From: Candidatus Omnitrophota bacterium
GTDB lineage: Bacteria; Omnitrophota; Gorgyraeia; Zapsychrales; Fredricksoniimonadaceae
DNA length: 64,000 nt
NCBI GenBank assembly: GCA_903901225.1
Contig: CAIUQE010000001.1
Span: 2,563-66,562, forward strand
Reading direction: 5' to 3'
Shown here: positions 47,826 to 58,149 of the stretch, piece after piece
Position numbering within the stretch: the first letter of the stretch is position 1
Layout of the letters: every line of letters begins with the position of its first letter
Position numbers and translations under genes: made by a program
The notes under the pieces: generated by a model
The model's input: the letters and a program-made list of their open reading frames with translations, nothing else
The model's database searches: none
Told to the model about the DNA's origin: nothing

Positions 47826-50800
47826 TCAACTCCCGGCCGGGGCCCTGGAATGATCCTCTTTGAGAAAGGGGATGACATTCTCCTGAGGCATGGGACGGCT
47901 GAAGAAATAACCCTGGCAGTAATCGCTCCCCTCCTTGATCAACCGGTCCAGCTGCATGCCGCTCTCGACACCCTCGGCGATAACGCGCAGTTTCAGCTGA
48001 TGCGCCAGCATGATGATCGCGGGGATCAGATCCGAACCCTCGTCGGGTTTCATCGCGCTCACGAACCCGCGGTCGATCTTCAGATGCGAGATCGGCAAGC
48101 GCTGCAGGTGGCTCAGGGAGGAAAAACCGGTCCCGAAATCATCGAGCGAGACCTTCACGCCCAACGCGCGGATCGCCTGAAGCGCCTCGATCGCCGCGTC
48201 GGAAGAATTGATGAAGATGCTTTCCGTGACCTCGATCTCCAGCAATTCCGGCGGCAGGCCGCTTTCGGCCAGCACCCTGCGGATCACATCCACAATGCTT
48301 TTGCGCCGCAGCTGGACCACGGAAATGTTGACGGACATGACCAGGTCCCCGAACCCGGCGTCCATAAGGCTCTTGTTGAAACAGCACGCCTGCGCCAGCA
48401 CCCACGCTCCGATGGGGATGATCAGCCCCGTCTCTTCCGCCACGGGAATAAAGTCGTCGGGGAACACCATCCCGCCCTCGGTGCGCGCCCAGCGCAGGAG
48501 CGCTTCAAAACCACGAACACGGCCATCCGCCGCGGCCACAATGGGCTGGTAAAAAAGCCTCAGCTCGTTGCGCTGCAGCGCGTCACGCAGGCCGCGCTCG
48601 ATCTGCATCCTGGTAACGGCCTTGCGGTTCATGACAACATTGAAAAAACAAAAACTGTTGCGCCCGGCTTCCTTGGCCGCGTACATGGCCGCGTCGGCAT
48701 TCTTAAGAAGCTCCTCGAGATCTCCCCCGTCATGCGGATAAACCGCGATGCCGATGCTGACCGTGATGAAAAGGTCGTTGCCCGCCACCAGGCGGGCATT
48801 GTTGAACTTCGCGCGGATACGCTCGGTGATGACCTGCGCGCTCTGGGGCGTGTCCAGGCCATTGAGAAACACAATGAATTCATCGCCTCCCAGGCGGGCC
48901 ACGGTGTCTTCCTCCCGGACGCACTCGTTGAGCTTGTGCGCGCTATCCTTGATGAGTTCATCGCCGACGGAATGGCCCAACGTGTCGTTGACGCTCTTGA
49001 AATGGTCAAGGTCGACAAAGAGGATGGCGCACACGCCCTCCCGGCGCCGGGCTTGCGCCAGGCCGGCATTGGTGCGCTCGAGAAAAAGAGCGCGGCTGGG
49101 GAGCCCGGTCAGCGCGTCGTATTGCGCCATGACGAGAAGCCTGCTTTCCAGAAGCTTCCTGTCCGTAATGTCACGCCCGATACCGACGAGCCCGCTGACG
49201 CGCCCCTCCTTGTCCCTGATCGGCAATTTTGACGTCAGCATCCAGCGCTGCGCCCCGGCGACATCCGCGATAAGCTCCTCCTGGTTGATGATCGCGCGCC
49301 CCTGCTCGAGGACCGTCCTGTCATCGAGCGTGTAGCCCGCGTCGAAATTCCCGAAAACCCTTCTCTCGGCGGGATTCGCGAGGATCTTGCTCCCGTGGAT
49401 ATCTTTCGCGTAAATGGTATCGGGGATGATATCAATGAGGGTCCGCAGCAGGTCCTTTTCCCTGGCCAGGGCCTGGCGGGTCTGCTTCAATTCGGTGATA
49501 TCGTAGATCATGCCCAGGATATAATCTTCCTTGCCGGAATGGATCATCTCGGCAATGAAGATCACGTCCTTGGTCTCGCCCGTCTTCGTGACCAGCCGGG
49601 TCTCAAAACCTTCCGTTTTCTTGTTCTCTTTGAGCATGTCGATCATTTTATCCCTGTCAGAAGGATAGGCCCACAGGAACAACTCCAGGGCTGTCTTGCC
49701 GAGAACCTCGTCGCGTGAATAACCGAACAGCGCCAGGAAAGATTCATTCACTTCCACCATCCGGCCATCCGCCAGGCGCGACAGCAGGATGGAAACGCGG
49801 CTCGCGTGGAACATGGCGCCAAAGCGCCGCTCGGTATCGCGCGACGAGCTCTCCACCCGCCGGCTTTCCAGCGCTGTGCCGATATTCCATCCCAGGCCTT
49901 CGAGGAACGTGACAAGTTCAGAGGTGAACAACCCTTCCCTGCGCGCGTTCACCTGCAGGAGGCCGATGATCCTCTCGCCCGCCCGGACCGGGACAAGGGC
50001 GATCGAACGGTAACCGCGATGGATGCATTGAAGGCGGGGATCAGTGCCAAGGCTGCCGTCGGGCGCACGGCTGCCAGTTCCGCCGCATGACTCGTCCAAA
50101 AACTTCCGCCTGGGGTAAAGAACGGTTTGTCCGGGTCGATCCGCCCGGCAATGACCTGGCCGCAAATGCACGCCAAGACAGGCTTCCCCTTTTCATCCGC
50201 CAGGGGTTTGCCATCATCTCCCCTGACGCAAAGGAACTGCTCCGCCTTGATAAAGTCATCGGGAAAACCGCTGTGGGAAAAATAGGGGAAATCGCCGTCC
50301 AGGACGACCCTCAATCCCACGGCGTCTGCCCCCAGCTCTTGCCTGATCAAATTAACGATGTCATGCGCCGATGACGCCATGTCACGGGAGGAATTCAATG
50401 CCTGCTGGACTTCGAGGAAAAGTTTCTGGCGGGTTTCCCTGTTCCTGCGGTCCGTTTCATCCCAGGTAACGCCGTCGATCCTTGCCGGGCGGCCGTGCCC
50501 GTCGCACACGACGCGTCCCCGGGACACCACATGCCTGAAATTCCCGTCCGCGAGGACAACCCGGTATTCCATCTCGTAAGGGATATTCTCGGCGAGGGCG
50601 CGCGCGATGGCCGCCTTCACCCTGTCCAGATCATCGGGATGGATGACCTGGAAGAATTCCTGCGGCTGGCCGGTATACGTCTGCGGATCAATACCCAGGA
50701 TATGACAGGACTGTGCGTCAAGGTAGCGACTGGCATGCACACAGTCATAGGACCAGATGCCCATCCGGGCGGCATTGACAGCCAGCTCAAGGCGCTGGCG

Positions 50801-50983
50801 GCTCTCGCGGGCCAGGGCCTCGGCCCTGGAACGCCCGACCCAGATCAATGAGATGACGACGCCAAGGCCGCCGAGACACACAAAACTGATCCATGATCTA
50901 TGACCGAAAAAGATCACGGTGATGAAATTCACCAGGAATACCGCGAAAAGGATCCACGGCCAGTAACGCCTTTCTCTATTCAA
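47826..50983 (-). pseudogene. PAS-GAF-PAS-PAS-GGDEF-EAL protein split by a frameshift near 50050
   Basis: Frame 1 (TTG ~50983) encodes TM-PAS-GAF up to SFWTSHAAEL. Frame 2 continues the GAF (CIHRGYRSIALVP), PAS domains, RLGGDEF, EALLRW and DDFGTGFSSL. Confidence 0.8.
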
Positions 50984-51587
50984 AACGCACCTCATCGATA
51001 TAAAAAACACAGCCCTGCGGATTGACCTCCATGTTTGTGCTCCAGGCAAAGCCGCCGCTGATATGGGAGAGGTCCTTGCCGCGGAGATCAATGGCATATT
51101 CCTTCCACTCCCGTGTCAACATCACATCTTTTAAACTGGCCGAAGCGCTGTCCGGATACATCTGGTCGGGCCCGATACCGCCGACCTTGAACTCCACGAT
51201 ACGCTCCCCGCCTTTTTCGCTCCTGGCCCAAAACACAAGCTTTTGCGCCCCTCTCAGGTCGAACCCGCCTTTGACAGAACCCCAGTTATTGGGAGGATCC
51301 TGCCAGTAAACCCCCGCCCATTTTTGCCTGTCGCTGGAACACTCCGCATCAAACCTGATACGCATGCAGGTCCGGCCATTTTTGACATTGTATCGCCAGG
51401 CATCATCAATGGCGACGCAACGGCCATCGGGCATATAGCCTGACGGGGTAAAATGGTTCTTTGAGTTCTTGTCGTGATAGATATAAAAAGGCTTGAACGA
51501 GGACCCCAGCATGGCCCTTGCGGTCAGCACCCCTGTCACCACCAGCAACACCCCAAGAACAATTATCCGGTAATTGCGTGTTTTCAT
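50976..51587 (-). CDS. Secreted or anchored protein with a putative carbohydrate-binding beta-sandwich
   Basis: Signal-like N-terminus; WAGVYWQ.P.NNWG, FDL.GA.KL.FWAR, LT.EWKEY.IDL, FYIDEVRFE (CBM11/CIA30-like ending). Confidence 0.6.
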   Translation of the reverse strand: MKTRNYRIIVLGVLLVVTGVLTARAMLGSSFKPFYIYHDKNSKNHFTPSGYMPDGRCVAIDDAWRYNVKNGRTCMRIRFDAECSSDRQKWAGVYWQDPPNNWGSVKGGFDLRGAQKLVFWARSEKGGERIVEFKVGGIGPDQMYPDSASASLKDVMLTREWKEYAIDLRGKDLSHISGGFAWSTNMEVNPQGCVFYIDEVRFE

Positions 51588-51638
51588 GGCCCATCCTCCC
51601 GTCGACATTTCAACGGTCGTTGTGTGCCGCTGAAATGA

Positions 51639-52328
51639 TCAGACTGTTGCCGCCCGTTTTTGCCGCCACTGGGCATCAAGTGCTTGCCTCATGCACTGGA
51701 TCGCGTCCTTGTGACGGTCTTGAGCTTTATATAAAAAGCCGAGCGTCTGGTGATACTCCACCCGGCTGGAATCGAGCGCGATGGCCTTCTTGTACAAGCG
51801 TTCAGCCTCAGGGCGATCCTTGAGTTTTTCATGACAAACACCCAGGCGATAATAAATGCCGGCATCCAGAGGCTTGATCCTGGCCGCCCGCGAAAGAAAC
51901 GTGATCGCCTCGGGATATTCTTCAATGTGATACAACGACTCGCCCAGGGCGTTGATGATCTCGGGGTCGTTCTTAGCGATCCGGTCGGCTTTTCTCAGGA
52001 ATTCAGAGGCCTCTTTGTCTTCATCCATGTTCTTGTAACACATGGCGAGCATATAAAGAATACTTGTGTCCCGTTGCTCGACCTTGTCAAGATAAAGGAA
52101 GAACGCGTCCCTGGCCTTGATATAATCGCCCTGCCTGAAATACGCGAACCCCTGTTCCTTGTGAAAATCAACCCGTGTCCCTTCAGGGGAAATGAACGCC
52201 TTGTTATAGCCGCGCGTTAATTTGTCAGCAAGACGACTGACGACGGAGAAAACCACCCGTGGCGCCATCTTTACCCCCCCCTCAGTGCGTAAACGCTTTG
52301 TTCTCAATGATTTAGAACTCTCCATCAT
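51639..52328 (-). CDS. TPR protein, MamA-like
   Basis: About five tandem TPRs, AGGAGG RBS, 229 aa; recalled similarity to magnetosome protein MamA. Confidence 0.75.
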   Translation of the reverse strand: MMESSKSLRTKRLRTEGGVKMAPRVVFSVVSRLADKLTRGYNKAFISPEGTRVDFHKEQGFAYFRQGDYIKARDAFFLYLDKVEQRDTSILYMLAMCYKNMDEDKEASEFLRKADRIAKNDPEIINALGESLYHIEEYPEAITFLSRAARIKPLDAGIYYRLGVCHEKLKDRPEAERLYKKAIALDSSRVEYHQTLGFLYKAQDRHKDAIQCMRQALDAQWRQKRAATV

Positions 52329-52455
52329 CTCGCGGCCTCCTGTGGCCTGTCAATATTTCCCAATAACCGGTTTTGGTAATGTCGTCTGACTTAATGATAC
52401 TGCTTAACCATTAAAAGACAAGCTCTTTGATGGAGGGGGCGGGGAAATCGGCTCT

Positions 52456-53271
52456 TCAAGCCCTCAGCGCGTAATAGTAGCCGCTGTTCTTTTCTATCGT
52501 CACGGGGGTCGCGAACAAGGCGCTGATATTTTTGTCCGTCAGGACAGCGGCCGTCGGGCCGTCCTTGAAGAATTTTCCGTTTTTCATCAAAATGACCCTG
52601 CTTATCTCGGGGATGATATCGGAAAGGTCATGCGTCACCATGATGATGCTGGTCCCGGTCCGCGTGATCTTGCGCAGGACATTATCGACCTTATGCAGCG
52701 CGTGCAGGTCAAGGCCGCTCATCGGCTCATCGAGAACAAGGGCTTTGGGGTCATGGACCAAAGCGCGTCCGATCAGGAAACGCCGGGCCTCGCCCGACGA
52801 CATTTCGTTCATTTTCCTCCCCTGAAGATGGGATATCTCCAGGAATTCCATGATCCGCGCGGCCTTCTTTTTCATCTTTGGACCCGGCCGTTCCCGGAAC
52901 AAACCGACGCTGCTGAAAAACCCCGACAGCACCACGTCCACGCCCGTAATATCCCGGTCAAAGGTGGTTTGCAGGTCATTGGAAACAATGCCCAGCAAAC
53001 GGCGCAGATCGGAGACATCCCACCTGTCCTGGCCCATGATCCTGAAAGACGGCTCTTTCCTGCCGGCCGCCGGATAATATTCCCTGGTGATGACCTTGAT
53101 CAATGACGATTTTCCGGCACCGTTGGGTCCCAGGATGGCGACATTCTCCCCCTCATGGATCCTGAGAGATATGCCGTTCAATATTTTCCTCTGACTGCCT
53201 CTGACAACTGTTATGCCGCTGAATTCCAGCAAGGGACGCGCCTGAAGTTTTGCTCCTTTAATAGCCATCAT
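52456..53271 (-). CDS. ABC ATP-binding protein (ModF/YlmA-like)
   Basis: GPNGAGKS, VVLSGFFSS.G, MSSGEARR, LVLDEP..GLD, VTH. Confidence 0.9.
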   Translation of the reverse strand: MMAIKGAKLQARPLLEFSGITVVRGSQRKILNGISLRIHEGENVAILGPNGAGKSSLIKVITREYYPAAGRKEPSFRIMGQDRWDVSDLRRLLGIVSNDLQTTFDRDITGVDVVLSGFFSSVGLFRERPGPKMKKKAARIMEFLEISHLQGRKMNEMSSGEARRFLIGRALVHDPKALVLDEPMSGLDLHALHKVDNVLRKITRTGTSIIMVTHDLSDIIPEISRVILMKNGKFFKDGPTAAVLTDKNISALFATPVTIEKNSGYYYALRA

Positions 53272-53873
53272 TCTCTCCGGTTCTCTATAAATTCAAGCCG
53301 CGCGACCTCGGCCAGGAGCTGTTCCCTGATGCCGGCGGCAGGCCCCTCGACAAGCACCAGCGCGTGCCGGTACGCCCCCAACGCCTCGGAGATCCGCCCC
53401 TGTTCTTCATAGGCATTGGCCATGTTCTCCCAGGTGACCACGCGCCGCGGCTCAAGGGCCAGCGCGCGCTCAAAACACGCCAGCGCCTCGGAAGGCCGCC
53501 CGATCTTGTTAAGGAACCAGCCCTTGTTATGATGGATCGTCGCGTAATCCGCCTCAACCGCCAACCCCTGGTCAAACATCTCCAGGACGCCGTCGAGAGT
53601 GCCCTCCTCCACCATGCACAGCGCGATGTCATTGAAGGCCGCGCCATCCAGCGGGTTGAACGCCAGCGCCCGTTCCAGCAGACCGAGGGCCCCGGCGAAA
53701 TCCCCGTCCACGATCGCCGCCTGGGCGCGAAAATACAGGAGCTCGCCCGGGCATTCCCTGGCCTGCGCGAGCCGCAAACCTTCGGCGATCCGGCGCCGGG
53801 CCTCAGCCTGGTCATTCCAGGTGATCGCCACGTCGATCTGCCGCCTTAACTGGGTAAAATCGGGATGGTTCAT
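53268..53873 (-). CDS. TPR protein
   Basis: Repeated A...FERALALEP-type TPR motifs; likely start MNHPDF at 53873. Confidence 0.85.
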   Translation of the reverse strand: MNHPDFTQLRRQIDVAITWNDQAEARRRIAEGLRLAQARECPGELLYFRAQAAIVDGDFAGALGLLERALAFNPLDGAAFNDIALCMVEEGTLDGVLEMFDQGLAVEADYATIHHNKGWFLNKIGRPSEALACFERALALEPRRVVTWENMANAYEEQGRISEALGAYRHALVLVEGPAAGIREQLLAEVARLEFIENRRE

Positions 53874-54070
53874 GGGGATGGCGCGTCGACGGCGCAAGCG
53901 TTCAGCGCGCGCGTGATCTTGCCCTGGATATTGGCCGTCACGGGGCGCCCCGTCCGCGCTTTCTGCACCTGCTTGAACGTGAGCTGCTCGGTGGAGGCCT
54001 TGACAAGATCGGCATTGCTCAACCCGCGCGCCTTGAGGATGCTGTCAAGCGCTTGTGGATCCAACGTCAT
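53870..54070 (-). CDS. Small hypothetical protein, possible XRE-like HTH
   Basis: 66 aa with ATGA overlaps on both sides; LDSILKARGLSNADLV...QLTFKQVQKARTGR. Confidence 0.6.
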   Translation of the reverse strand: MTLDPQALDSILKARGLSNADLVKASTEQLTFKQVQKARTGRPVTANIQGKITRALNACAVDAPSP

Positions 54071-54663
54071 AAATTACCCCGGCTTTTTCTTTCGCATTCC
54101 TGGCAAACGCTGCTTTCCACCTGTGCTTTGGAATGACTTTCAAAATACTTTTCGATCTGCATCCAATATCCGCTGTCATTACGGATCTTCCGGCACCAGG
54201 CGCAGATCGGCAATACCCCGCTCAACTCATCGATCTCGGCAAGCGTCTGCTCCAGCCGTTGATTGACATCGTGAAGCCGCCGCTTTTCGTCCTCGATCTT
54301 CCCCAACAACACCTTCATGGCCAGAAGGATCAATATCCCCATGCTGACCGTGCAGATCACCGTCAGGAAGATCACCTGCGGCACAACAACGCCCTTGAAA
54401 AGAACCATCAGGAAGATCGAATTGAGCACGCAGATCCCGGACACCATTCCCGTGATCAACACCATGATGCCGCCTTGCAAGCCGGTGATCTGCCGGGCCC
54501 GGTCCTGAAAAACCTCGAAAACAACACCCCACATGAACGCCAGCAGGGACAATCCCGCCAGCCGGACCGGCGTTAAAGGAACGAATCCAAAAACAAGGAT
54601 GCCTTCAAGAAGGATGCCGAAGAAAAGAACAGAGCGCGTCAAGAAGACACCGGGAACTTTCAT
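54067..54663 (-). CDS. Membrane protein with C-terminal LPIC..C..IR.D.GYW...C..C domain
   Basis: Four TM helices, a coiled coil, then LSGVLPICAWCRKIRNDSGYW...VCQEC. Confidence 0.8.
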   Translation of the reverse strand: MKVPGVFLTRSVLFFGILLEGILVFGFVPLTPVRLAGLSLLAFMWGVVFEVFQDRARQITGLQGGIMVLITGMVSGICVLNSIFLMVLFKGVVVPQVIFLTVICTVSMGILILLAMKVLLGKIEDEKRRLHDVNQRLEQTLAEIDELSGVLPICAWCRKIRNDSGYWMQIEKYFESHSKAQVESSVCQECERKSRGNL

Positions 54664-55100
54664 CCGCCTGCCTCCTCTTCCTGGATACTCGACGCGCAGG
54701 CCTCACAAATGCCATGCGTGAAGCGCGCGCTGGAGCGGGTCTCGACGAATTCCTCGACGTGCTTCCAGTAACCCGCGTCATCACGGACCTTCTTGCAAAC
54801 AGGGCAAATGGGCAGCAAGCCGCCAAGTTCCTGTTTTTCTTTCAGCGCTTTCTGCAACACGGCATTGCGATCATGCAGCACCTGGCGGCTCAGTACAAGG
54901 CGTTCAAGGAGGATATAAAACCCCGCCATCGTGACAATGATGGCCAGTACCGGCTCCAGGAATGCCAGCATGTAAACAATGCGGAATTCATCTTTCAGGG
55001 AGAAATGTTCGAACACAAGGCAGATGGCCTCACTGCCCGTGATGCCCAGGAGCATGACAAGAAGGGCGAGCAATATCTCTTTTGTTCTTAAAGGCTTCAT
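54660..55100 (-). CDS. Membrane protein with C-terminal LPIC..C..VRDD.GYW...HGIC..C domain
   Basis: Two TM helices, a coiled coil, then LGGLLPICPVCKKVRDDAGYW...FTHGICEAC. Confidence 0.8.
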   Translation of the reverse strand: MKPLRTKEILLALLVMLLGITGSEAICLVFEHFSLKDEFRIVYMLAFLEPVLAIIVTMAGFYILLERLVLSRQVLHDRNAVLQKALKEKQELGGLLPICPVCKKVRDDAGYWKHVEEFVETRSSARFTHGICEACASSIQEEEAGG

Positions 55101-55220
55101 TTTATACGGCCATCCCCGTGACCATTATTACCGAAGATCAGCAGGATTTCTCATATTTTTAAGAATTTTGATCTTGATCCCCGTCACAATACTTGACCGC
55201 GGGAACATGAAGGAACAATG

Positions 55221-56648
55221 CTAGGGTTGGCGTAATTTAGAAACGCGGCTGTTCTTGCCGGATCCCTGGATCAAAAGGCTGGCAAGAATGCGGGGGGCTG
55301 TCACACAAAGCAACAAGATCTCTTTTAAGGTCAGGATCCTGACGACGAAAAGGCATTTCCACGCGACCCACACATACCGGCCGGGCGTATAGAAGGAACG
55401 TTTGATCTCTTTACCTATCTTTTTAAGTACCGCGTGGCTGTAAGCATCGGAATACAATTCACCTTTTTCAGTGATGTGGTACCCGGGTGCCTTTTGAGCC
55501 AGCTCCCGCAACGGCGAGAATTTTTCGATGCGCAATTTGTTGGCGGAAATGGTATCCACGCCGATCTCTCTGGCAAATTGCGCGATATAGGTCATCTCCT
55601 GACGCTTCTCGCCGATATTGCCATAGAGAAAATATCCGTTGGTCAGGATGGGATACCGCCTGAGGACGGCGAAAGCATCCCTGATCGCCGCCTGGTTGAA
55701 ACCTTTGTTGAGCTGGGACAGGATCCAGTCATGCGGGGATTCAATGCCGATGAAGAACGACTTGAACCCGGCCTTCACCATCTTATCAAGTATGGCGGGA
55801 TGCTTCGCGATGTCGATCCTGACCTGGGCAAAGAACCGCTTGTTGACCTTGTGTTTGATGAGCAGGTCACATATCTGTTCAGCCCGCCTGGGATCAACAA
55901 AAAGATTGTCGTCGCTGAAAAGGACAATATCGGCTTTTAACCCGCGGATCTCTTCGACCACGGATTCAACGCTGCGCTCGACATATTCGCGTTTTTGTCC
56001 CAGGGGATTCAGGCTGAAGGTGCAGAATTTGCACTTGAACGGGCAGCCCCGCGTCGTCAACACCGTATCGAATAAAATGTCAGCCAGGCGGATGCCGTTG
56101 AGCATCAGACCGTAATCGTAACGCCGGAGCGACCGGTCGGGGGCGGGCAATTCGTTCACATTGAGGAACGGACGGTTGGCGTTGTGCCTGATCTTGTCGC
56201 CATCGCGATAGGAAACGCCCAGGATATTTTCAGGCGCCGTGCCTTGCAGGATCTCCTGTGCCGTCTTCTCGCCTTCTCCCCGGACGACCATATTGACCCG
56301 GCCCGATGCCTGGAATATTTCCTCGACCTTCTCCGTGGCCGTGTAACCTCCCACGACCAAAGGGATATTCCCCGGCATGCGGTTCAATAACGCGTAGATC
56401 GCCTCCAACTGCCGGTCCCAGCCCATGCTGACGAAAACAATATCCACCTCGCGCCCGATGAATTCAAGCAAGGCGCCTTCATCGGCGAGCTCTTTCTCAT
56501 ATCTCAGATCAATGATCGTGATCTTCGGGACCAAGCCTTTGGCGCTGCTGGCGACGTATTCCAGGCCTGTCGGCGGGAACAGCATCATGGTGAGATTGGT
56601 GCTGGCTTCTTTGTAGGGATTCAGGAACAAGGCGTGGCGATATTTCAT
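55221..56648 (-). CDS. Cobalamin-binding radical SAM protein
   Basis: PPTGLEYVA, VVGG, RGEGE, TTRGCPFKCKFC, DDNL, IGIES. Confidence 0.9.
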   Translation of the reverse strand: MKYRHALFLNPYKEASTNLTMMLFPPTGLEYVASSAKGLVPKITIIDLRYEKELADEGALLEFIGREVDIVFVSMGWDRQLEAIYALLNRMPGNIPLVVGGYTATEKVEEIFQASGRVNMVVRGEGEKTAQEILQGTAPENILGVSYRDGDKIRHNANRPFLNVNELPAPDRSLRRYDYGLMLNGIRLADILFDTVLTTRGCPFKCKFCTFSLNPLGQKREYVERSVESVVEEIRGLKADIVLFSDDNLFVDPRRAEQICDLLIKHKVNKRFFAQVRIDIAKHPAILDKMVKAGFKSFFIGIESPHDWILSQLNKGFNQAAIRDAFAVLRRYPILTNGYFLYGNIGEKRQEMTYIAQFAREIGVDTISANKLRIEKFSPLRELAQKAPGYHITEKGELYSDAYSHAVLKKIGKEIKRSFYTPGRYVWVAWKCLFVVRILTLKEILLLCVTAPRILASLLIQGSGKNSRVSKLRQP

Positions 56649-56823
56649 AGGTAAACTGTTCCTGATTATAGGGACGAGCGGTTATGACTATACGCTAAAA
56701 CATCCAAATTGCCAAGGAACAATATAAAAGCCCCCTCTCGATCAAATCTCTCACAACAGTGCAAAAAAGTCATGGCTTTTTTACACCATGGCGTAAAAAT
56801 TACCACACAAACAACCTTCTTCC

Positions 56824-58149
56824 TTAACGGATCAATCGATCAATATCCTCAAGCCCAAGCGCTTGCCACTCGACTTTATATTTTGGATAACTGGCGATCA
56901 ACGCCTTGGACTTGGCCTTTAACCCGGCCAGGTCGATCCGGTCCTTGTTCATCTTGATCTCGGCGATGACCATGGTCTTCTTCATATCGTTCATCGCCAC
57001 CAGGTCGATCTCGTTCTGCCCATCCTTCTCCCAATACGAACCGATGCGGTTGTACTCGCCGCTCTCGGCATACAGCGTCTGAAAGAACCGCTCAAGGACG
57101 CTGCCGGCATACGTGGAATAGTCGCGCCTGATGATGTCCCGGATGTACTCAAAGTTACCCGTCTCGACCGCGGAGCGGTTGCGGTAAATGAACCGGAACC
57201 AGAACGCCAGGAAGTTGTCCGCGATCCGGTACTTCTGCGCCTTGGAGTTCGGCTTGGCGTTCACCGGCTTGTACCGCTCGATGACAGCGTAATCCCGCTC
57301 CAGGCGGTCAAGATAACCGCCAACGTCCGATTCCAGGATAGACTGGATCTCCGAGCGGCCGGTCTTCCCAACGGAGATCAGCTCAAGTATCGAGAAGTAC
57401 GTCCCGTACTCTTTCCCGAACTCCTCGATCAGGAGGTTCCGGCCTTCGTTCAGGGACGGCGAGTTAGCCTCAACCGCAAAGTCCAGGATCTTCTCGAACG
57501 TGAACGCCCGATCCTCCACCAGCTGATCAATGTACTTCGGGCTGCCGCCGGTAAAGAGGTAGTGGTCAAACAGCACGGTCGTGTTCTTTATCTTGTAGTC
57601 CCGCAGGATGCCAGCCATGGTCCGGATCGAGAACGGCTTGATCATGAACATCCGATCCGCGCGGTTGAACAGCGGCTCCTTGGAGCCCTCAAAGATCTTG
57701 TGCATCAGGGAATACACCGACCCGACGCAAATGACGTTCAGTTTACTTTTGGCCTTGTGGAGATCCCAGAGCTTCTGTATCTCGGAATAAACGGACGGGT
57801 TGATGTTATAAAACTCCTGGAACTCGTCAATGATGACCGTGAGCGGCTCATCCTTGGCGATCTGGAGCAAAAGCTGAAAGACATCCGGGAAGGAACGGAT
57901 ATTCCCGATAACAGGGGCTTCTGGATACAGCCGCTTGATCTGCGCGACGTATTCCTCACAAAGCAATGCCTCGGACTTCTTGGCCACGAAGAGGTACAGG
58001 TGCTTCTTGTCCTTGGCGAACTCCAGGGATAACAATGTCTTCCCCACGCGCCTGCGGCCGGTCAGAACGGCCATGCGAGATCCGGCCCTCACCTGCCCCA
58101 TCAACTTATTCAACTCTGCCAATTCCTGGCGCCTATCGTAAAATCTCAT
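56824..58149 (-). CDS. Archaeal-type AAA ATPase with C-terminal DUF234/PD-(D/E)XK nuclease domain
   Basis: MRFYDR..EL, GRRRVGKT, IIDEFQ, Y.I.DNFL.FWFRF, G.YW....NEIDLVA...AEIK. Confidence 0.9.
   Translation of the reverse strand: MRFYDRRQELAELNKLMGQVRAGSRMAVLTGRRRVGKTLLSLEFAKDKKHLYLFVAKKSEALLCEEYVAQIKRLYPEAPVIGNIRSFPDVFQLLLQIAKDEPLTVIIDEFQEFYNINPSVYSEIQKLWDLHKAKSKLNVICVGSVYSLMHKIFEGSKEPLFNRADRMFMIKPFSIRTMAGILRDYKIKNTTVLFDHYLFTGGSPKYIDQLVEDRAFTFEKILDFAVEANSPSLNEGRNLLIEEFGKEYGTYFSILELISVGKTGRSEIQSILESDVGGYLDRLERDYAVIERYKPVNAKPNSKAQKYRIADNFLAFWFRFIYRNRSAVETGNFEYIRDIIRRDYSTYAGSVLERFFQTLYAESGEYNRIGSYWEKDGQNEIDLVAMNDMKKTMVIAEIKMNKDRIDLAGLKAKSKALIASYPKYKVEWQALGLEDIDRLIR

Noticed and set aside
47730-49232. 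500-aa plus-strand ORF
   Set aside because: Antisense shadow of the GC-rich GGDEF-EAL gene, with no recognisable motifs.
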